Assembly: GCA_963780225.1 (NCBI GenBank)
Contig: CAWAAX010000027.1
Coordinates: 64,001 to 128,000 of the forward strand
DNA length: 64,000 bases
From: an uncultured bacterium
GTDB taxonomy: Bacteria; Edwardsbacteria; AC1; EtOH8
Direction of reading: 5' to 3'
A program made the position numbers and the translations under genes. The notes below the pieces were generated by a model. That model was not told where the DNA came from. It did not search any database and saw only the letters and a program-made list of their open reading frames with translations. This document shows positions 59,061 through 64,000 of the stretch, in pieces. Each line of letters starts with the position of its first letter. Position 1 is the first letter of the stretch.

Positions 59061-59413
59061 GTAAATCATGTTAATCCTGTCTGCCCCGGTGGTTGTGCCC
59101 CCGTTATATTGTAAAGCAAACCCCGTAAATCATGTTAATCCTGTCTGCCCCGTTGGTTGAGACCCCGTTATATTGTAAAATAAATCCCGCAAATCATGTT
59201 AATCCGCTTACGCTTCTATGCCTGTCTTCTTCAAGCGCCCTAGCTCCAGCGGAGGCGCTCCTGTCTGCCCCGGTGGTTGTGCCCCCGTTATATTGTAAAG
59301 CAAACCCCGTTAATCATGTTAATCCTGTCTGTCCCGGTGGTTGTGACCTCGTTATATTGTAAAATAAATCCCGCAAATCATGTTAATCCTGTCTGCCCCG
59401 GTGGTTGTGCCCC
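59061..59413. repeat. 64-bp tandem repeat array incorporating the 3' end of the kinase gene
   Basis: Units start at 59061, 59125, 59189 (with a 56-bp insertion), 59309 and 59373 (partial). Confidence 0.92.
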
Positions 59414-61072
59414 GGCCTCTTCCGCCGCCGGTAGCGCCAGGCTGAAAGTGGTGCCCTGGCCTATCTTGCTTTCCACGGTAATAAGTCCGCGGTGCTCCTC
59501 TACTATCTTCTGGATGATGGCCAGGCCCAGGCCGGTCCCGGCCGACTTGGTGGTAAAGAATGGTTTGAATATGTTCTCCAGATTTTCCGGGGGAATGCCG
59601 CAACCGCTATCCTGGACTGAAATGTGGGCCATGGGGCCCTGGTCGCTCTCCAGCCGCTCGGTCATTATTGTGATGGTACCTGGCTGGTCCATGGCGTCAA
59701 TGGCATTATTCACTAAGTTCAGCAATATCCGCTCCAGCCGGACGGCGTCGCCTATTACCACCGGAGTATTGGAAGCGGCCTGTTTTATCAGGACTACCTC
59801 CTTCTTCCTGGACTGGTCAGATTTGGCTGTAATTACCCGGTCCACCAACTCTACCACATTGACCTCGATGTTGACGGCCTTCTTTTGGTGGGCAAAGTCC
59901 AGAATATCGGAGATCAGGGTGTCTATCCGGAAGGCCTCCTGGGTAACGATGTCCACATATTTGCGCCGGGGGTCGGTCTCATCCACCTTGGTCTGCAGCA
60001 GCTGGGCAAACCCGGCGATGGCGTTTAAGGGATTGCGGATCTCGTGAGCCATCACCGCCGCCATCTCGCCCAGCACCGCCAGCTTTTCCGAATGCTTGAC
60101 CCGTTCCTCCAGACTTTTGGTCTTGGAAATGTCGGAAAAAATGGCAATGGCTCCGTTGGTCCTGGTGGTCTGGCTGTGCAGCAGCGAAGTGGTAACGTCT
60201 ATTACTTTCTCGCTTTTGTTTTCCATGGTTAAAACCATCTCTTTTCTGGCCAACGGCTTGCCGCATTCCATGGTAACCTTAAGCAGATCGTCAATGGGCT
60301 TAAGCTTTTCGTATACCTCCAAAGATTTTCCCACTACTGCAGCGGAGATGAGCTGGCAGATATTAACGGCTTCCTTATTGAAAGTGGTTACCACCCGGTT
60401 TACGTCCACCACAATCACCCCGCTGCTGATGCTGGCCATTATGTTATCGTTGTATTCTTTGTAATATTTAAGCCTTTCATTGACTTTTAAATATTCTTCG
60501 GTGGCCTGCTCGATCTCCTTTTTCATCTGTTGACCGTATTCCTCGGCCTGTTCTTTCTTCTTCCGCTCGGCCGCCACCTGCACCGACCAAAAACTGCTGA
60601 ACATGGCGATCAGAAAGAAAAACGGGATCCTCAGCCAGAAGGATGGCTCGCTGAACATGCCCGTCCCGTATTTTTTATAGACCAGCCATCCGTACAACAG
60701 CGAGGTAACGATGGCCACCGGAAAGGACCCGCCCAGGCTCTGGCCCACGCTGGACATGAAGATGCTAAGGAAGTAGATCAGGTAAAAGTCGGTGTCTATG
60801 CCCTCGGCAAAATAGACCACCGCCGAGACGAAAAGGATATCCAGCACGAACAGCACATAGACGAACCACCCCTTGTCAAAGTAACGCTGGGGAACAAAGG
60901 AGATGGCCAGATTAAGGACCAGGTAGATCAGCGACAGCAGGTAATTGGGGCTGGCAAAGTCCAGACCCTTGGGGCTGTAAGCCGCCATGAATATCACCAG
61001 CAGCACCACCAGCCAGCGGATGATCAATACCGTGCTTTTGTGGTTGAGGATCAGGCCTTTTAACTGCTTCAT
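59378..61072 (-). CDS. Membrane-bound PAS sensor histidine kinase
   Basis: N-terminal TM helices, PAS, AHEIRNPL, NLVNNA, DSGCGI, FFTTK..GTGLGL. Confidence 0.93.
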   Translation of the reverse strand: MKQLKGLILNHKSTVLIIRWLVVLLVIFMAAYSPKGLDFASPNYLLSLIYLVLNLAISFVPQRYFDKGWFVYVLFVLDILFVSAVVYFAEGIDTDFYLIYFLSIFMSSVGQSLGGSFPVAIVTSLLYGWLVYKKYGTGMFSEPSFWLRIPFFFLIAMFSSFWSVQVAAERKKKEQAEEYGQQMKKEIEQATEEYLKVNERLKYYKEYNDNIMASISSGVIVVDVNRVVTTFNKEAVNICQLISAAVVGKSLEVYEKLKPIDDLLKVTMECGKPLARKEMVLTMENKSEKVIDVTTSLLHSQTTRTNGAIAIFSDISKTKSLEERVKHSEKLAVLGEMAAVMAHEIRNPLNAIAGFAQLLQTKVDETDPRRKYVDIVTQEAFRIDTLISDILDFAHQKKAVNIEVNVVELVDRVITAKSDQSRKKEVVLIKQAASNTPVVIGDAVRLERILLNLVNNAIDAMDQPGTITIMTERLESDQGPMAHISVQDSGCGIPPENLENIFKPFFTTKSAGTGLGLAIIQKIVEEHRGLITVESKIGQGTTFSLALPAAEEAGAQPPGQTGLT

Positions 61073-61264
61073 GTCTTTAAGCGCTTGGTTATGGGTTTGG
61101 TTACCGGGAGCTACTCAGTAGCCTGTAGTCAGTATTCAGTAGTATATTCAGTATTCCGTATTCTCTATTTACCAAGGAAGTCTACCGGATAGTGTCTGCT
61201 GAATAGTGGATACTCCAATGATAATTGCCCGTGCCCTGGTCATTTTGTTAGACTGCTTCACTTG

Positions 61265-64000
61265 TTAAGCAGGTGGGTTTCCTCGCAGTGACTGGTTCGG
61301 GGTTGCCTGCATCGCCTGCTGCACCCTTAACAACAGCTCCGCGCTGCGGTAGGGTTTTTGGATGAACCCCAGCGCCCCTTCCTGCAAAAGGGACTGGGCG
61401 GCGCCGTCCTCGGAAAAGCCCGATGACAAAAGCATTTTGACCCCGGGGTTTATTTCACGCATCTTAGCGTAGGCCTGGCGGCCGTCCACCTTGGGCATCA
61501 CCATGTCCATGATCACCAGGTCTATGTTACTATGATCTCTGGCATACAGTTCCACCGCCTCCTGGCCGTCGGCGCAGGTCTGCACCTGGTAACCGGCAGT
61601 TTTAAGGATCTGGGCGGCAATGGTCCGGATCATGTCCTCGTCGTCCACTATCAGTATGCTGCCGGTGCCGGCGGTAACTGCCGTTTCCTTAAGTTGGACA
61701 GAGTCCGCCTCCCCGGCCGTCAGGCCGGCATACAGCGGCAGGTATATCTTTATGGCCGTCCCCCGGCCAAGTTCCGAATAAACTTCTATCGATCCCCCAT
61801 GGTTCTTAACGCAGCCGTAAATCCCTGCCAGCCCCAGCCCGGTGCCCCGGCCCTTTTCCTTGGTGGTGAAGAAGGGCTCGAACAGGTGGCGCTTGACCGC
61901 TTCGCTCATGCCGCTGCCGGTGTCTTCCACCGTTATTTGGATATATTGTCCGGGCTTTATCTTGTAGTTGTGCTGGCTGATATACTCTTCGTCCATGCTT
62001 TGCAGATCGGTGGAAAAGATCAGCTTGCCTCCTTCCGGCATGGCGTCCCGGGCGTTGATCCCCAGGTTCATAAAGGCGTTCTCCAGCTGGCTGTGATCCC
62101 CCAGGACCACCGCCGGGTTGGCCCGCAGGTGCTGTTCTATCTTTATCCGCCGGTCAATGGTGTTGCCCAAAATGCCCATGGCCTCGGCTATCACCTTGTG
62201 GACATTGACCGGCACCTGCTGGTACTGCCCCTTGCGGGCAAAGGCCAGAAGCTGCTTGGTAAGGCTGGCGGCGTGCCCCGAGGCCTTGATGATGTTGTCC
62301 ACGTAGGCCTCCAGCTCCTTCTGGCCGTATATCTTCAGCTGCAGCAGCTCGGCGTTGCCCACGATGCCGGCCAGCATGTTGTTGAAGTCGTGGGCCACCC
62401 CCCCGGCCAGAAAGCCCACCGCCTCCATCTTCTGGGCCTGCAGCAGTTCCTGCTCCATCAGCTTGCGGTCGGTGATGTCGGAGATGATGTGCACCGCCCC
62501 GATCAGGTTTTTCTGCTGGTCAAAAATTGGGTCCGCCGTAACCAGCAGGAATCTGTCATCGCGCTCCAGTTCCAAAGTTTCCCGGTGCAGTGATTTTTCC
62601 ATCCGGACCACCGGACAATGTTCCTGGGGCTTTTTAAGGCCGTGGACCAGTTCATAGCAGGTACGGCCCAGTACCTGATCGAATGGTTTTTTGACCATTT
62701 TGTAAAAGGCCTGGTTGCACTGCAGTATCTTCCACTGCCGGTCCAGCAGGCAGACCCCGTCGCCAATGGAATCAAAAGTGGTCTCCCACTTTTTGGCAGC
62801 CTGCCTGATCTGTTCCTCAGCCTGCTTGCGCTCGGTGATGTCCGTCATCAGGCCGTTCAGTCCCACCGGCTTCCCATCTTCCAGTATCAGCCGACTGGAC
62901 GAGGATATCCACTTGGTGCTTCCATTTTTGTTGGTAATCCGGTATTCGCTGGCTGCCACCCCTTTTTCCAGGCTTTTCTGAAGTTCCCGGGCCAGCAGGG
63001 TCCGGTCATCCTCCTTCACAAATTCTATGAGTTTCCGCCCAATGATCTCATCGGGCCGGTACCCCAGGACAGGTTCGCTGGAAGGGCTGATGTAAATCAG
63101 TTTTCCGTAGATATCCACCGCAAAAACCACATCGTTGATGTTCTCCACCAGGTCCCGGTATTTTTCCTGGCTCTCCCGGATGGCCTGGTCGGCTCTTTGC
63201 TGTTCGGTGATATCCCGGATGTAAGCCCCCACCCCGGTCTTGCCGTTCTGGAGATCCACCGGGAATTTCCGGACTTCGTATATCCTGTTGCCCACCTGTT
63301 CGTGGCTGAGCATGGTCTGTTTGCTTTCCAGTACCATTTGGTCCGAAAGCCGGCAGGCCTGGGCGGCCTCCTTGGGCATCAGGTCGTCGTCGGTCTTTCC
63401 CAGTATCTGACCGGCCGGAAGCCCAAAGAATTCCTGCTGGGCCTGATTGACCATCAGGTAGCGCGACTGATCATCCTTTAAAAATGCAATGTCAGTGGCG
63501 GAGTCCATGAAGGTTTTGTAGCGGCTCTCGCTCTCGGCCAGTTCCTGTCCCGCCTGAATGCTGCGGATGGCCACGGCCACATGACCGGCTACAAAGCTCA
63601 AAAGTTCCAGATCTCTTTGGGTGTACTCGCTTTTTTCGTCGTAGCTTTGAACCACCAGCGTTCCAAAGGTCTTGTTTTCGGATTGCAGCGGCGCCCCCAG
63701 CCACTGCTGGGAAGGCTGGCCCACGAACTCCGCCTGGCCATCTCTCTGCAATTGATCGTGAACCTGTTGGTTCACCAACAGCGGCTTTTGGGTGGCAATG
63801 ATGTGTTCGGTCAGGCCCTTGCCGAACTGGCGGGGCGCGTTATAATCATTCTTCTGATCACGGTAATAGGGAAAACTGATGGTATTGGCCTTTTGGTCGT
63901 AAAGGGCAATGTACAGGTTCTCGGCCGGCATCAGCCCGGAGATGGTCCGGTGGATCTGGAGGTACAACTGCTGCAGGTCCCGGCAGCCGATGGCCGCGTC
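61265..64000 (-). CDS. Hybrid sensor kinase GAF-PAS-PAS-PAS-HisKA-HATPase-REC (5' end beyond window)
   Basis: AHDFNNML, INARDAM, FFTTKEKGRGTGLGL, ILIVDDE, DMVMP, KPY. Confidence 0.92.
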   Translation of the reverse strand, partial: DAAIGCRDLQQLYLQIHRTISGLMPAENLYIALYDQKANTISFPYYRDQKNDYNAPRQFGKGLTEHIIATQKPLLVNQQVHDQLQRDGQAEFVGQPSQQWLGAPLQSENKTFGTLVVQSYDEKSEYTQRDLELLSFVAGHVAVAIRSIQAGQELAESESRYKTFMDSATDIAFLKDDQSRYLMVNQAQQEFFGLPAGQILGKTDDDLMPKEAAQACRLSDQMVLESKQTMLSHEQVGNRIYEVRKFPVDLQNGKTGVGAYIRDITEQQRADQAIRESQEKYRDLVENINDVVFAVDIYGKLIYISPSSEPVLGYRPDEIIGRKLIEFVKEDDRTLLARELQKSLEKGVAASEYRITNKNGSTKWISSSSRLILEDGKPVGLNGLMTDITERKQAEEQIRQAAKKWETTFDSIGDGVCLLDRQWKILQCNQAFYKMVKKPFDQVLGRTCYELVHGLKKPQEHCPVVRMEKSLHRETLELERDDRFLLVTADPIFDQQKNLIGAVHIISDITDRKLMEQELLQAQKMEAVGFLAGGVAHDFNNMLAGIVGNAELLQLKIYGQKELEAYVDNIIKASGHAASLTKQLLAFARKGQYQQVPVNVHKVIAEAMGILGNTIDRRIKIEQHLRANPAVVLGDHSQLENAFMNLGINARDAMPEGGKLIFSTDLQSMDEEYISQHNYKIKPGQYIQITVEDTGSGMSEAVKRHLFEPFFTTKEKGRGTGLGLAGIYGCVKNHGGSIEVYSELGRGTAIKIYLPLYAGLTAGEADSVQLKETAVTAGTGSILIVDDEDMIRTIAAQILKTAGYQVQTCADGQEAVELYARDHSNIDLVIMDMVMPKVDGRQAYAKMREINPGVKMLLSSGFSEDGAAQSLLQEGALGFIQKPYRSAELLLRVQQAMQATPNQSLRGNPPA

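Noticed and set aside
59061..59413. Possible CRISPR array
   Set aside because: Units repeat over their full 64 bp with no unique spacers, overlap a gene end, and no cas genes are present in the window

Overview
Bacterial chromosomal window from a GC-rich diderm, probably anaerobic organism; lineage cannot be fixed from the sequence alone. It is mostly housekeeping: pyrK-pyrD-(flavoprotein)-rlpA-pyrF-pyrE, ppdK, aspS/hisS, hypF-hypC-hypD-hypE, an LPS-related cluster (msbA-like ABC transporter, three GT9 glycosyltransferases), ffs-dnaX-ybaB-recR, scpB, rpsT, pilMNOPQ, groES-groEL and a two-component cluster. Accessory DNA includes an AT-rich HgaI-like Type IIS restriction-modification/RhuM island with a duplicated GT9 5' end, an IS256-variant element with an 8-bp target duplication, a nucleotidyltransferase-like gene pair and a truncated RelE. 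Most unusual signals: (1) a lipoprotein peptide-binding protein fused to a Pro-rich linker and a TonB C-terminal domain; (2) short, sometimes nested palindromic repeats inserted in frame into PpdK, AspS, HypF and YbaB; (3) two ~300-bp MITE-like copies bracketing the hyp cluster, each in the same ~15-bp target sequence in opposite orientation; (4) several arm-conserved hairpin and short-period repeat families that occur with or without cargo genes. All family assignments come from motif recognition, not database searches.
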